Source: a virus (Duplodnaviria; Caudoviricetes). From it: a stretch of DNA of 62,007 bases. The position numbers were made by a program, and so were the translations under genes. The stretch's first letter is position 1. Each line of letters begins with the position of its first letter. Shown here piece after piece: positions 44,518-54,794 of the stretch. The DNA is taken from the IMG/VR virus record IMGVR_UViG_3300042307_001090, positions 1-62,007 of that record; one strand, written 5' to 3'. Under the pieces are notes generated by a model, which was not told the DNA's origin, did no database searches, and saw only the letters and a list, made by a program, of their open reading frames with translations.

Positions 44518-45135
44518 GTGGCCAACGACACTGCCAGCCCTACCGTTCCAGTTGGCACGCTCGCCAAGCTGTTCAACCTGACCGACATTCGAGTACAGCA
44601 GCTCGCAAAGATGAGTGTTTGCGTGAAGGTTGCGCACGGGCGTTACGACCTCTGGCAGTCCATTCGCGGTTACATCAAATACCTGCAGGAGCGGCAAAAG
44701 GGCCTCAACACCGGGATGGGCACAGGCGACGACGCCGACCCCGACAGCTACGCGAAACACCGGACACGGCTTTACCGAGCGCGCGCCGACAAGGAAGAGG
44801 TGCAGGCTCAAATCATAAAGGGCAAGGCGCATGACGGTGAGATCATCGAAAAGGTTTGGGGTGACATGATCGCCAATGCAAAGACGCGCATCATGGCAAT
44901 TCCAACGAAGGCCGCCGGTAAAGTTCAATCGGTGCTCCCGCTGCCGCAGGTTGAGGCGATCCTTCGTGAGCCATGCTTAGAAGCATTAAACCAACTCGCG
45001 GCCTACGACCCAGCGCGACTCGTCGCTGAGTTTGTGGCACAGCACCAAGAAGAGCTCCATCCGAGCGCAGCCGACGCGGACGCTGAATCCGACGCTGACG
45101 CCGACGAAGAGGAGACGCCAAGCGCGAAGGCATAG
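44518..45135 (+). CDS. terS: Terminase small subunit (Nu1-like)
   Basis: N-terminal wHTH LAKLFNLT..RVQQL...GRYDL..SI..YI.YL, coiled region; precedes the large subunit. Confidence 0.85.
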   Translation: MANDTASPTVPVGTLAKLFNLTDIRVQQLAKMSVCVKVAHGRYDLWQSIRGYIKYLQERQKGLNTGMGTGDDADPDSYAKHRTRLYRARADKEEVQAQIIKGKAHDGEIIEKVWGDMIANAKTRIMAIPTKAAGKVQSVLPLPQVEAILREPCLEALNQLAAYDPARLVAEFVAQHQEELHPSAADADAESDADADEEETPSAKA

Positions 45136-45144
45136 CGCGCACGC

Positions 45145-47151
45145 ATGGACGAAGAGAACGCAACGATTCAACTCCTGCGGCGCATTGCTCGCCGCTGGGC
45201 ACCGCCGCCATCATGGACCGTAAGCCAATGGGCTGACCGCCGACGCCAGCTCCCTCGCGAGTCATCCTCTGAAGCCGGGCAATGGGACACCGCGCGCGCG
45301 GAATACCAACGCGACATCATGGACTCGGTGTGCGACCCAATGGTTGAGCGCGTTGTCGTGAAGTCGTCCGCGCAGGTGGGCAAGTCCGAGATCATCCTGA
45401 ATGTGGTCGGCTACTTTGTAGACTTCGACCCATCGCCGATGTTGTTGGTTTACCCAACCGACAAGATGGGCGAGGCGTTTTCCAAGGACCGTATCACGCC
45501 TATGTTGCGCGACTCGCCGAGCCTGCGCGACAAGGTCGGCGACCAAAAGGCGCGCGACTCTGGGAACACCATCACGCACAAATCGTTTCCAGGTGGATCG
45601 CTAAACATCGTCGGCGCAAACTCCCCCACCGACCTTGCGGGCCGCTCGGTTCGCATCGCGCTTTTTGACGAGGTTGACCGCTACCCGGCATCAGCCGGCA
45701 CGGAAGGCGACCCAGTTGCGCTCGGCGAAAAGCGCACGACTACGTTCTGGAACGCCAAGAAAGTCCTTGTCAGCACGCCGACCGTGAAGGGGTTTTCCCG
45801 AATTGCGGCCGCCTATGACGAGTCGGACAAGCGGGTGTTTGAAGTGCCGTGCCCGCACTGCGGACATGATCATGTGCTTGCGTGGAGCAATGTGGTGTTT
45901 GATTCCGCCAAGCCGGAAGAGGCGAGCATGAAGTGCCCGAGCTGCGCGAAGGTTTACGGCAACGCCGAGAAAAACGTGGCGGTGAGCAAAGGCCGCTGGC
46001 GGGCGACGGCGCCATTTAAGGGCACGGCCGGATTCCACGTGAACGAACTTTACTCCCCGTGGAGTTCAATCGCGAAGGTCGTGCGTGATTTTCTAGCCGC
46101 CAAGGACTACCCGGAGCGCCTAAAAACGTGGGTCAACACCTCGCTCGGCGAAGAATGGGAAGAGGGCGACTTCACCCTGGACGGTCCGGCGGTGTCGAAG
46201 CGCGCCGAGAAATACCCGGCACCGGTTCCCGGGCGCGTGCTGACGATGACGTTCGGCGCGGACACGCAGCCCGACCGCATTGAGGCGGAGTTGATCGGCT
46301 GGGGCGCAGGCGAGGAATCGTGGTCAATCGACCACGCCGTTTTCTGGGGCGACCCCGACATTCAAGAGGGGCGCCCGGGTTCGCCATGGGGGGCGTTCAC
46401 GGATTGGCGGCGCAAGCGGTGGAAGCACGAGAGCGCCGGCGAGATGGTTGCATGGGGTGGGTGCATCGACTCGGGCGGCCACAACACCGAGGCCGTTTAC
46501 AGCTACTGCCGCGGGCGGCGGGGCGAGCGCGTGTTCGCGGTCAAGGGCGTTTCCGGCGAGGACAAGGCGCTTGTCTCGGCTGCGCAGCGCAAGCGCGTCG
46601 GCAAACAGCGCAGGCCGGTTGACCTGTTCCTTGTCGCGGTCGATCAGGTGAAGTCGATCACCTATCGCCGCCTGCGTATCGAGTCGCCTGGCGCTCCGGG
46701 CTATTGCCACTTTCCTGCGGGCCGCGCTCCGGAGTGGTTCGAGCAGCTGGTCGCCGAAAAGCCGGTGACCGAAAAAGACCGAAAGGGTTTTAAGAAACGC
46801 GTGTGGAAACTGCCGGAGGGCAAACGCAACGAGGCGCTTGACTGCCGCGTTTATGGATTCGCCGCCCTCGTGCTGGCAAAGCCGGACTTTTCAAAGCTCG
46901 CCTTGAAGATGAAACTTGCGCGCTCACCACTCGTGGTTGAGCGAGGCGAGGTCGAGAAGGTAATGCCGGAAGAGGAGCATGACGATGCCGAAGAAACACC
47001 GCCGTCACCGCCGCCAGCCAAGCCGGCTCCGCCAGCCCGGGCGCCTACCCCTGATCCTGAAATGCCGGATCCGCCAGCGGTGCCGGTAAAGATTCCGCCG
47101 CGGCCACGCGCAGGGAAGCTCAGGCGAGGCGGATTCGTGAACGCCTGGTGA
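45145..47151 (+). CDS. terL: Terminase large subunit (lambda gpA-like)
   Basis: SQWAD, KSSAQVGKS, FDEVD, STPT, CPHC, DSGG, RNEALDC.VY. Confidence 0.97.
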   Translation: MDEENATIQLLRRIARRWAPPPSWTVSQWADRRRQLPRESSSEAGQWDTARAEYQRDIMDSVCDPMVERVVVKSSAQVGKSEIILNVVGYFVDFDPSPMLLVYPTDKMGEAFSKDRITPMLRDSPSLRDKVGDQKARDSGNTITHKSFPGGSLNIVGANSPTDLAGRSVRIALFDEVDRYPASAGTEGDPVALGEKRTTTFWNAKKVLVSTPTVKGFSRIAAAYDESDKRVFEVPCPHCGHDHVLAWSNVVFDSAKPEEASMKCPSCAKVYGNAEKNVAVSKGRWRATAPFKGTAGFHVNELYSPWSSIAKVVRDFLAAKDYPERLKTWVNTSLGEEWEEGDFTLDGPAVSKRAEKYPAPVPGRVLTMTFGADTQPDRIEAELIGWGAGEESWSIDHAVFWGDPDIQEGRPGSPWGAFTDWRRKRWKHESAGEMVAWGGCIDSGGHNTEAVYSYCRGRRGERVFAVKGVSGEDKALVSAAQRKRVGKQRRPVDLFLVAVDQVKSITYRRLRIESPGAPGYCHFPAGRAPEWFEQLVAEKPVTEKDRKGFKKRVWKLPEGKRNEALDCRVYGFAALVLAKPDFSKLALKMKLARSPLVVERGEVEKVMPEEEHDDAEETPPSPPPAKPAPPARAPTPDPEMPDPPAVPVKIPPRPRAGKLRRGGFVNAW

Positions 47152-47156
47152 CCACG

Positions 47157-47199
47157 GGAAAGACCCGCACAAGACGGGCAGGCTACCGCTGCCCATACT
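47157..47199 (+). promoter_or_regulatory. Late promoter motif GGAAAGACCCGCACAAGAC-N18-CATACT
   Basis: Second of four copies; upstream of the portal operon. Confidence 0.75.
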
Positions 47200-47248
47200 G
47201 GCCCGGACAGCTTGCCTCCCGTCGCCGGCGCGGCGGCTTCGTCCGAGC

Positions 47249-47779
47249 ATGGTAAACAACCTCCCATCAACGATCATTGCAGGCGAGACGTTCCGCGCGC
47301 AGATTTGCGCAGTGGCTGACTCCGTCACGTTCTACTTGCGTGGCCCGGCCGCCTACACGGTGACCACCACCGCGACCGGCGACACATGGCAGGCATCACA
47401 GGCGACTGCCGAATGGGAACCCGGCACCTACGCAGTCGAGGCATGGGCGGTGAACGCCGTCGTTTGCGGCGAGACCATTCCCAGCTACCTCGTTGCGCGA
47501 ACCCGCATCAACGTCGAGGCTTCGGCTGTTTCCGGCGGCGCGGCATTCAACGCGCTAAACAAATACGAGCAGATCGTGACCGCGATCGAGACTCACCTCG
47601 CGGGCAACGGATCGGACCCCACCTGGCGGTCCTACAAAATCAACAACCGCGAGATTGCCCGCCACTCCGTGCCGGAGCTGTTGCAGCTTCTTGCGCACTA
47701 CAAACGCCTCGCCGCGATCGAGCGCCGCAAGCAGCGCGGGCAAAGCATCCTCGGGCCCGACATCCGGTTCCGCTTCTGA
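47249..47779 (+). CDS. Head-tail joining protein (gpW position)
   Basis: Between terminase and portal; SYKINNREI....ELL.L..HY motif. Confidence 0.7.
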   Translation: MVNNLPSTIIAGETFRAQICAVADSVTFYLRGPAAYTVTTTATGDTWQASQATAEWEPGTYAVEAWAVNAVVCGETIPSYLVARTRINVEASAVSGGAAFNALNKYEQIVTAIETHLAGNGSDPTWRSYKINNREIARHSVPELLQLLAHYKRLAAIERRKQRGQSILGPDIRFRF

Positions 47780-47790
47780 CCCCGAATTTC

Positions 47791-49626
47791 ATGCCTTTTA
47801 ACTGGAATCCCTTTCGCAGCCGCTCTTCCGCCCCTGCCGGCGGCCTCCCTGAGTCAGTCGTTGCCGACGCTCGCAAGCGTCGCGCTGGAATTATGCGCTC
47901 AGCGCAGCGCTCGCTTTTGCAGGCGGCCGACACCACGCGGCTTGAGCAGACGTGGACAACCACCCCGCACACGGCCGACACCTACATTGAGCAGCACTGG
48001 ACGACGCTTGTCGCCCGCTCGCGTGACGCCGGCCACAACCGCGACCACGCGCGAAAGTTTCTGCAGCTCGTGCAGGACAACGTCGTCGGCTCGCGCGGCT
48101 TCCGCTTTCATGCCGACGTTCAGGATTTCAACGGCGTCACCGACATGCCGGCAAGCAACGAGATCGAGCGCGAGTGGAAGCGCTTCAGTCGCCGCGGTAA
48201 TTTCGATGTCACGGGCAAACTCGGCCGCACCGACTTTGAACGCCTCTGGGTGAAAACGCTCGCGACCGACGGCGAAGCGATTGCGGTAAAAATTTACGGC
48301 GAGAAGGCTGGCCCCTACGGCTTTGCGGTGCAGATGGTTGACCCCATGTTCCTTGATCCTCGGCACAACGAGGTCATCACTCCGGGCGGAAACTACATCA
48401 AGCACGGCATCGAGTTCACGCGCGAAGGCCGGCCGGTCCGCTACCACTTCCGCGAATACGACGAGCAGCACGTCGGCTATATCACGTACTCGAGTCAGAA
48501 GTACAACGTCGTGCCCGCCGACATGGTGATTCACGACTTTTTGCCAGAGGTGGTAAACCAGAAGCGCGGCCTGCCTTGGATGCGTGCTTCGCTCTGGCGC
48601 ATGCGCATGCTATCGGGATTTGAGGATGCTGCGGTGGTCAATGCCCGCGTCGGCGCCGCGAAGGGCGGTTTCTTCCGCGACCCTGACGGCGACACCCTGG
48701 ACGAAGCAGAACTGCCGGCCGACGCCGAGGCCGGCGCGTTCATGAACATCGGCAACATGGAGTTTGTGCCCTACGACCCAGCCTATCCCGCCGGCGACTT
48801 CGGCCCCTTCATGAAGCGGTGCCTGATGTCCATCGCATCCGGACTTGGTCCCGCGTATCACAACATCGCCTCCGACATGGAGGGCGTGAACTACACGTCC
48901 TCGCGCACCGCCGAGTTGGCCGAGCGCGAGCTGTGGAAAGGCATTCAGGACCACGTGATCGAGGCGCTGTGCGTTCCCATTTACGAGGCGTGGATTGATT
49001 TCTGCCTGTTGGCCGACCGCATCAAAGTGGCGAACAAGCCGCTCAAGATGGAGCGCGTGGAACGCTACAAATCGGCGGGGCATTTCACCGGGCGCCGGTG
49101 GGAATGGGTGGATCCAAAAAAATCTCTGGACGCTCACAAACTCGCGGTCGAGCTCGGCGTCAAATCGCGTCAGGCAATCATTCGCGAAACCGGCGACGAG
49201 CCGTGGACCGTGTGGGATGAGCTTGAGGAAGAGCGCGGCGAAATGCGCGACCGTGGCATTCCTGTGGACGACACGCAGGGTGGCGGCTCAACCGTTTCGC
49301 TTATGGGCGCCGACGGCGAGCCCGTGGACATTACGACCGGCGGCAAGGCCGGTAAAGGTGCGGCCGCTCAGGGTGCTGCGGTCGCTGCCGCCCAGGGCGA
49401 CGTACAAGGAACGGCCCTCAACGGCGCGCAGGTCACCGCCTTGGTTCAGCTCGCCGCGCAGGTAGCGCAAGGGCAGCTCCCGCTCGAAACCGCGAAGGCC
49501 ATTGCCAAGGCGTCCTTCCCGCTCGTGCCTGATTCCGAGGTGGACGCCATCTTCGCGCCGCTCCTGAAGTTCACGCCAAAACCTGACCCGGCGACTGCAC
49601 GGCCGGCCAATTCCTCCGCACAGTAA
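47791..49626 (+). CDS. Portal protein, lambda family, with C-terminal extension
   Basis: L.ARSRD, NVVG, GIEF...GRP..Y, Q.RG.PW, VNYTSSR, W.WVDP.K. Confidence 0.95.
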   Translation: MPFNWNPFRSRSSAPAGGLPESVVADARKRRAGIMRSAQRSLLQAADTTRLEQTWTTTPHTADTYIEQHWTTLVARSRDAGHNRDHARKFLQLVQDNVVGSRGFRFHADVQDFNGVTDMPASNEIEREWKRFSRRGNFDVTGKLGRTDFERLWVKTLATDGEAIAVKIYGEKAGPYGFAVQMVDPMFLDPRHNEVITPGGNYIKHGIEFTREGRPVRYHFREYDEQHVGYITYSSQKYNVVPADMVIHDFLPEVVNQKRGLPWMRASLWRMRMLSGFEDAAVVNARVGAAKGGFFRDPDGDTLDEAELPADAEAGAFMNIGNMEFVPYDPAYPAGDFGPFMKRCLMSIASGLGPAYHNIASDMEGVNYTSSRTAELAERELWKGIQDHVIEALCVPIYEAWIDFCLLADRIKVANKPLKMERVERYKSAGHFTGRRWEWVDPKKSLDAHKLAVELGVKSRQAIIRETGDEPWTVWDELEEERGEMRDRGIPVDDTQGGGSTVSLMGADGEPVDITTGGKAGKGAAAQGAAVAAAQGDVQGTALNGAQVTALVQLAAQVAQGQLPLETAKAIAKASFPLVPDSEVDAIFAPLLKFTPKPDPATARPANSSAQ

Positions 49627-49648
49627 CCAATTTCAATTCACCTATACC

Positions 49649-51148
49649 ATGGCTCAAAACATCATCACTGATTACACGCTGAACAAGGCCGGCGGCACGC
49701 TGACCTTGAACGGCATCGCGACCGTTCGCGTAGAAAGTCTTATTCGTGTCTTCAACATAACTCGGAACGTAATGGTTCACGAGCTCGCTGCGAAGAACAC
49801 GATCCTGCAAGCGGTCGGATCCGTTTTCACGCTGTCTGCCGCTGCGCTCGATAGCATCAGCGCCGATACCGACGTGCTTCATATTGTCTATGACGGAAGC
49901 ATCCAGACCGTTGATGCCGCCTACGAACCGACCGGCGGCAAGCTCCTCGTCGGCACAGCCCGCGAAAAATTTTTTGATAATTTCCGCGAATTCGACACCA
50001 GCCCAACGGGTAATTGGCAGGTGGTCCAAACCGGCGACGGCATGGCTATCACCGGCCCTTTTGGTGGTGGGGTAGCAGGCGCAACCCCCTACATTAACAT
50101 CTCCAGCGGCACCACCTCAGGAGCAATGACCGTGATTCTGTCGCGGGCCTCGTTCTTGCCTCCGACGGAACTTCGGTATCAGATCAGCGCATCACAGCGC
50201 ATCGCCAACAACGCCTTTAGAATCGGCTTTGTTGAAGTCGATGACGCGGGCGCGTTGGTTGTTGATACGACCTATGCCGCAGCCCCCGGTGTGCTCAATG
50301 CTCGCAACGCCGTGTTTCAGGAAATGAGCGGCACGACTGCGACGACTGGCACGCTTCTGGTGCGTGCTGCCGCAGCCGCGCAGGACTCTTTTACTACTGC
50401 CTTTGGCGTCGGCTCCACCACGGCTGCCACAGGTTCGACGCCCAACTTCATCGTTGCGGCCACCTACGGTCTCATGTTCGAGCGCGACCGCATCAACGCC
50501 CGTTCGTGGGGTCAGAATTTGATCGCCAACACAGGCGGACAATTTGCCTATGACCGCACGCTCCCCAACCCAACGCGAAAATACAAACTGTGTATCCTTG
50601 TGGAGAATACGGGGGTCCCGGCTAGCTCGACGGATTGGCGCATCCACCTCGTAAACGTACTGGATGCCGTGCGATTCGATGTCAGTCCCCGCGCTGCGGG
50701 CACAAACGACCTGTCGAAAGCATTTCCGGTGAATCTCGCGGGCGGTACACTCGGCACCCTTACCACCTTGACCACGGCGGGCACCCCCGCAGTCCCAGCA
50801 ACGCCGTATTTCGTCAACTCGGCGGCGTCCACCAACGGCGCTTTGATCCTCACCGGAACGTCCGGCCTGAGTGCGCTTTGGGCGACGAACACCGGAGCAG
50901 GAGCGGCGTTCGTAAAACTCTACAACAAGGCCACCGCGCCAACGGTCGGCACCGACGTTCCCGAAATGATTATCCCCGTCCCAGCGGCTTTGGCTGGCGT
51001 GCCAGGCACGGCAACGCTGCCGATGGGTTTCAACGGCTTCCGGTTCCCGCTCGGACTCGGCATCGCGATTACGGGGGCGGTTGCCGACACCGACACCACC
51101 GCTGTCGCAGCCGGACAGGTCAAAGTCAAACTCAGCCGCACCGTCTAA
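49649..51148 (+). CDS. Putative virion structural protein (head fibre/decoration candidate)
   Basis: 499 aa Thr/Gly/Ala-rich beta protein inside the head operon; C-terminal VKLYNKATAPTVGTDVP domain. Confidence 0.6.
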   Translation: MAQNIITDYTLNKAGGTLTLNGIATVRVESLIRVFNITRNVMVHELAAKNTILQAVGSVFTLSAAALDSISADTDVLHIVYDGSIQTVDAAYEPTGGKLLVGTAREKFFDNFREFDTSPTGNWQVVQTGDGMAITGPFGGGVAGATPYINISSGTTSGAMTVILSRASFLPPTELRYQISASQRIANNAFRIGFVEVDDAGALVVDTTYAAAPGVLNARNAVFQEMSGTTATTGTLLVRAAAAAQDSFTTAFGVGSTTAATGSTPNFIVAATYGLMFERDRINARSWGQNLIANTGGQFAYDRTLPNPTRKYKLCILVENTGVPASSTDWRIHLVNVLDAVRFDVSPRAAGTNDLSKAFPVNLAGGTLGTLTTLTTAGTPAVPATPYFVNSAASTNGALILTGTSGLSALWATNTGAGAAFVKLYNKATAPTVGTDVPEMIIPVPAALAGVPGTATLPMGFNGFRFPLGLGIAITGAVADTDTTAVAAGQVKVKLSRTV

Positions 51149-51152
51149 TCAA

Positions 51153-51467
51153 ATGCCTACTAACTACAACCCTGCAACGGGACTTCCATATACTCGCGTC
51201 GAGTCAATTCACATCGAGTTTCGCCCAGACCGCGCCGATGTCACCATACTCGAAGGTGAGGCAATCGTCGCGGGCGGAGAGGTACGCAGGCTCGATTCGG
51301 TGCCTCGCGTCCTCACGTTCACGCTGCCACTCGACGCCGAGGGCCTAGCCGCCGCGTTTCCCCGCCGCGATTTTGAGACGGGCGAGGTTACGACCGGCAA
51401 CGTCACGGTCGGCGAGGTTGTTGTAGGTATGCTCGCCGTCATTCGCGCTAAGCAGATCGAGAGCTAA
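51153..51467 (+). CDS. Hypothetical protein
   Basis: 104 aa from ATG 51153. Confidence 0.6.
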   Translation: MPTNYNPATGLPYTRVESIHIEFRPDRADVTILEGEAIVAGGEVRRLDSVPRVLTFTLPLDAEGLAAAFPRRDFETGEVTTGNVTVGEVVVGMLAVIRAKQIES

Positions 51468-51514
51468 ACGCCGACCATTTCGCTTACCGCACACGGCCGA
51501 CCTGCCGTAACGCA

Positions 51515-51557
51515 GGAAAGACCCGCACAAGACCTGCGCGGGTCGCATCCATAATAT
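51515..51557 (+). promoter_or_regulatory. Late promoter motif GGAAAGACCCGCACAAGAC-N18-TAATAT
   Basis: Third of four copies; 9 nt before the capsid ATG. Confidence 0.75.
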
Positions 51558-51566
51558 CAACGCAAC

Positions 51567-53453
51567 ATGAGCACCGTAGCAACCGAGGTCTCACAGGCCC
51601 AGCGCATCGCCCCCGGCGTGATGCTGCGCCGCGCCCTGCGTGTCGGCACCATCGACAAGGAAAAGCGCACCGTCGAGGTGGCGTTTTCGTCCGACGTTGA
51701 GCTGAAGCGCTGGGGCGAAATCGAGGTTTTGTCGCACGCGCCTGGTGCCGTCGACATGACCCGCATGGAGGACGGCGCGGCCGTCCTCTTTAATCACAAT
51801 TTCGATACGCAACTCGGCGTCGTTGAGAGCGCCCGCATTGATCCTGACGGCAAGGGCCGCGCTGTTGTCCGCTTCGGCAACGGCACCTTTGCTGAAGAAA
51901 AATGGCGGGATGTCCAGGACGGAATCCTGAAGCACATCAGCGTCGGTTACAAAATCGAAGAAGTGAAGCTGAACGAGACCCGCTCTGATGGAACCGACGT
52001 TTACGTCGTCAACCGTTGGCAGCCCTACGAGATCAGCTTCGTCACCGTCCCTGCCGACCCGACCGTCGGCGTGGGCAGAAACCTAAACACCGCCTCCGCT
52101 ACCGCGCAGGCTCCGGTCGAAAAATCTCAGAAACCAACTATTACCATGAGTGCAAATCCCACCGCTGAAAATCAGCCCGCTGGTCCCGACCTTGCTGTTG
52201 AGACCCGCAAGGCTTCCGACGCCGAGTTCTCGCGCGTTCGTTCCATCCTCGAAATCGGCAAGAAATATGAGCTGGCCGACCTCGCGCAGGAGTTCGTCTC
52301 CGAGCGCCGTAGCGAAGCCGAGTTCAAAGAAGCCGTGCTCACCAAAATGCAGGAGCGCACCAAGACGCTGAAGAGCTCCGGCGAAATCGGCATGTCCGAC
52401 AAGGAGGCCCGCAAGTTCTCGTTCGTCCGCCTCCTTGCTTCCGCCGCCGACCCCAAGAACCACAAGCTACACGAGGCCGCCGCTTACGAGCGCGAAGTCT
52501 GCGAAGCCGCCGCCAAAGCCTCGCACCGCTCCGTTGCTGGCATGAGCATCCCGCTCGAAGTGCTCCGCACCCCGCTTGACGCCGAGCTCTCCAAGCGCGC
52601 CGATGTTCTCTCGGTCAAGACCGGCACCGGCTACACCGGCACCGGCTCCGCCACCGTTGCGACCACGCTGCTCGCCAGCTCGTTCGTCGACCTGCTCCGC
52701 CCCCGCACCTTCATCATGCGTCGCGCCTCCGTGCTCGGCGGCCTGGTTGGCAACTTCGACATCCCGAAGCAAGTCACCGGCGCCTCTGGCTACTGGATCG
52801 GCGAGGATGATCCCGCTGGCCAGTCCGATGTCGACTTCGGCCTCATCAGCCTGAACCCCAAGACCGCCTCCGGTTTTGTGGATGTCACCCGCAAGATGCT
52901 CATGCAGTCCTCGCTCGACGTGGAGGCCCTCGTGCGCCTTGACCTCGCGAAGGGTCTTGCCCAGACCATCGACAAGGCCGGCCTCTACGGCACCGGCGCC
53001 AACGGCCAGCCCAAGGGTCTGAAGCTTTATGACGGCATCAACGCCGTGGACTTCTCTGGCGTCAACCCCACCTACGCTGAGCTCGTGGAGATGGAGTCGC
53101 AGATCGCTGCCGACAACGCCGACGTGAACTCCATGGCCTACGTGGTCAACTCCGGCATGCGCGGCTACACCAAGAGCACCCTGAAGTTCTCTGGCGTGTC
53201 CGGCACCATTTGGGAACCGGGCGACAGCATCAACGGCTACGGCACCGAGGTCACCAATCAGGTCACCGCCGGCGACGTGTTCTTCGGTAACTGGTCCGAC
53301 TTCTGGGCAGCCATGTGGGGCGGCCTGGAGCTGAACGTCGATCCGTACAGCCACAGCACCCGCGGCCGCATTCGCGTGATCGCCATGCAGGACGTGGACT
53401 TCGCGGTTCGCCGTGTCGAGTCCTTCACCTACGGCAAGCAGCTCACCCCGTAA
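51567..53453 (+). CDS. Prohead protease - major capsid protein fusion (HK97 fold)
   Basis: RTVEVAFSS, LFNH, SVGY, WQPYEISFV.VPADP.VG.GR protease, then capsid domain (G.G...QPKG, FGNWS, D..VRR.ESF). Confidence 0.95.
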   Translation: MSTVATEVSQAQRIAPGVMLRRALRVGTIDKEKRTVEVAFSSDVELKRWGEIEVLSHAPGAVDMTRMEDGAAVLFNHNFDTQLGVVESARIDPDGKGRAVVRFGNGTFAEEKWRDVQDGILKHISVGYKIEEVKLNETRSDGTDVYVVNRWQPYEISFVTVPADPTVGVGRNLNTASATAQAPVEKSQKPTITMSANPTAENQPAGPDLAVETRKASDAEFSRVRSILEIGKKYELADLAQEFVSERRSEAEFKEAVLTKMQERTKTLKSSGEIGMSDKEARKFSFVRLLASAADPKNHKLHEAAAYEREVCEAAAKASHRSVAGMSIPLEVLRTPLDAELSKRADVLSVKTGTGYTGTGSATVATTLLASSFVDLLRPRTFIMRRASVLGGLVGNFDIPKQVTGASGYWIGEDDPAGQSDVDFGLISLNPKTASGFVDVTRKMLMQSSLDVEALVRLDLAKGLAQTIDKAGLYGTGANGQPKGLKLYDGINAVDFSGVNPTYAELVEMESQIAADNADVNSMAYVVNSGMRGYTKSTLKFSGVSGTIWEPGDSINGYGTEVTNQVTAGDVFFGNWSDFWAAMWGGLELNVDPYSHSTRGRIRVIAMQDVDFAVRRVESFTYGKQLTP

Positions 53454-53520
53454 TCTGAGCACAACACTGGCGGCCCCTTAACCGGGGCCGCCTAAAACCA
53501 AAACACCAACTCACACTCAC

Positions 53521-53916
53521 ATGGCTATTACCATCACCGCAGTTCGGCCCCTTATGGTTGCCGGCTCTCTTGTCGCTGTCGGCGGCACCGCGTCGGTTGA
53601 CGACGCGCTGGCCCTTCAGCTCGTGAATAACGGCGACGCCACCGCAACCCTTGCGGATAACGGCACCGCCCCTGGCAACTTCGAAGTCGTTTTCTCCGGA
53701 ACCCGCAGCTGGGCCGGCGGCGCGGCCGCTACCGATGCCCTGACCCTGACCGGCCTGAAGGCCACCGACATCGTGAACGCCACGTTGCGCGCTCGTGCCA
53801 GCACCGAGACCCTTGTTCTCGCCGTGCCCACGACCAACACGCTGACCTTCACGCTCTCGGCGAACGGCACCAACACCACGACCAAGATCGACTACAAAGT
53901 CCTTCGCCCGCTCTAA
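53521..53916 (+). CDS. Putative head decoration protein
   Basis: Thr/Ala-rich 131 aa after capsid; strong codon bias. Confidence 0.55.
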   Translation: MAITITAVRPLMVAGSLVAVGGTASVDDALALQLVNNGDATATLADNGTAPGNFEVVFSGTRSWAGGAAATDALTLTGLKATDIVNATLRARASTETLVLAVPTTNTLTFTLSANGTNTTTKIDYKVLRPL

Positions 53917-53937
53917 GTGAGCAGGTCGCTTCAGGTT

Positions 53938-53971
53938 GGGCGCCGGCCGGTAACGCCGGCGCCCTTTTTTT
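53938..53971 (+). terminator. Rho-independent terminator
   Basis: GGGCGCCGGC/GCCGGCGCCC stem followed by T7. Confidence 0.9.
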
Positions 53972-53991
53972 GTTAACCCGACACGTATTTT

Positions 53992-54468
53992 ATGGCCACT
54001 ACCATTTTGCCCAAAGGCGAGACCATGCAGGTGCGCTTGCTGCGCAGCATGCACATTCGGGGCGAGTACATCGCCGCCGGCACCGTGATCAACGTGGACC
54101 GGCAAGACGGCCGCCAGATGATTTATCACGAGCGCGCCGTGCCGTTCGTTGAGCAGCCCGCCGCCGCCGCGGTCGCCGAGCCCGTTCCCGCCGAGCCCGC
54201 CGAGCCCGCGCGTTCCGAGCCCGTGAACTCCGCCGCCGAGCCCGAGCGTTCCGAGCCCGCGCCCGCCGCCGAGCCCGAGCCCATCCCTTCCGATGCACCA
54301 GGCGTGCAAACGGATTTAGCGCCCGTCGCCGAGTCGGCGGACGCGGTCATTTCCGCCGAGCCCGCGAAGGCCCGCCGTACTCGTAAGCCCAAGGCCGACA
54401 CCGTGGCCGATGCGGGAATCCCCGTTTCGCCCGCGACTCAAACCGAGAATCCCGGCGCCTCCGTCTGA
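53992..54468 (+). CDS. Hypothetical protein with AEP low-complexity repeats
   Basis: Small N-terminal domain followed by many CCGAGCCC repeats. Confidence 0.65.
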   Translation: MATTILPKGETMQVRLLRSMHIRGEYIAAGTVINVDRQDGRQMIYHERAVPFVEQPAAAAVAEPVPAEPAEPARSEPVNSAAEPERSEPAPAAEPEPIPSDAPGVQTDLAPVAESADAVISAEPAKARRTRKPKADTVADAGIPVSPATQTENPGASV

Positions 54469-54776
54469 TGGCCTTCGTCGAGCCCACCAACGTATTCTTC
54501 AACGCCGGCCCGCTGAGTTTCAGCGTGCCGGCTACGTTGCGTTTTAATAGCGGCAACGTGGTGAAGCAGGTGATTTTTGACGACCCTTTCCTTGACACGC
54601 AGGCTGGCGAGGTCGTCATGGACACGCGCCGCCCGATGCTCACCGCGCGCGAGTCTGACCTAGCCGGCGTCACCCGGGGCCTCCTTGTTTCGATCGGCGC
54701 GAAAAATTACAGTGTGATCGAAGTCCGGCCGGACGGCACCGGCATGGCTTACGTTGAGCTTGCCTACGAGGCGTAG
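54468..54776 (+). CDS. Head-tail joining protein (lambda FII-like)
   Basis: IFD.P...Y.V..V.PDGTG...V.L. Confidence 0.8.
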   Translation: MAFVEPTNVFFNAGPLSFSVPATLRFNSGNVVKQVIFDDPFLDTQAGEVVMDTRRPMLTARESDLAGVTRGLLVSIGAKNYSVIEVRPDGTGMAYVELAYEA

Positions 54777-54794
54777 CGCGGCACGCTCCCGGCG

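Noticed and set aside
47386-47790. Long N-terminal extension of the portal in the ORF track
   Set aside because: It overlaps the head-tail joining gene in another frame; ATG 47791 is the sensible start.
53469-53492. Terminator after the capsid gene
   Set aside because: Strong 9-bp GC stem but no U-tract; more likely an mRNA stability or processing hairpin.
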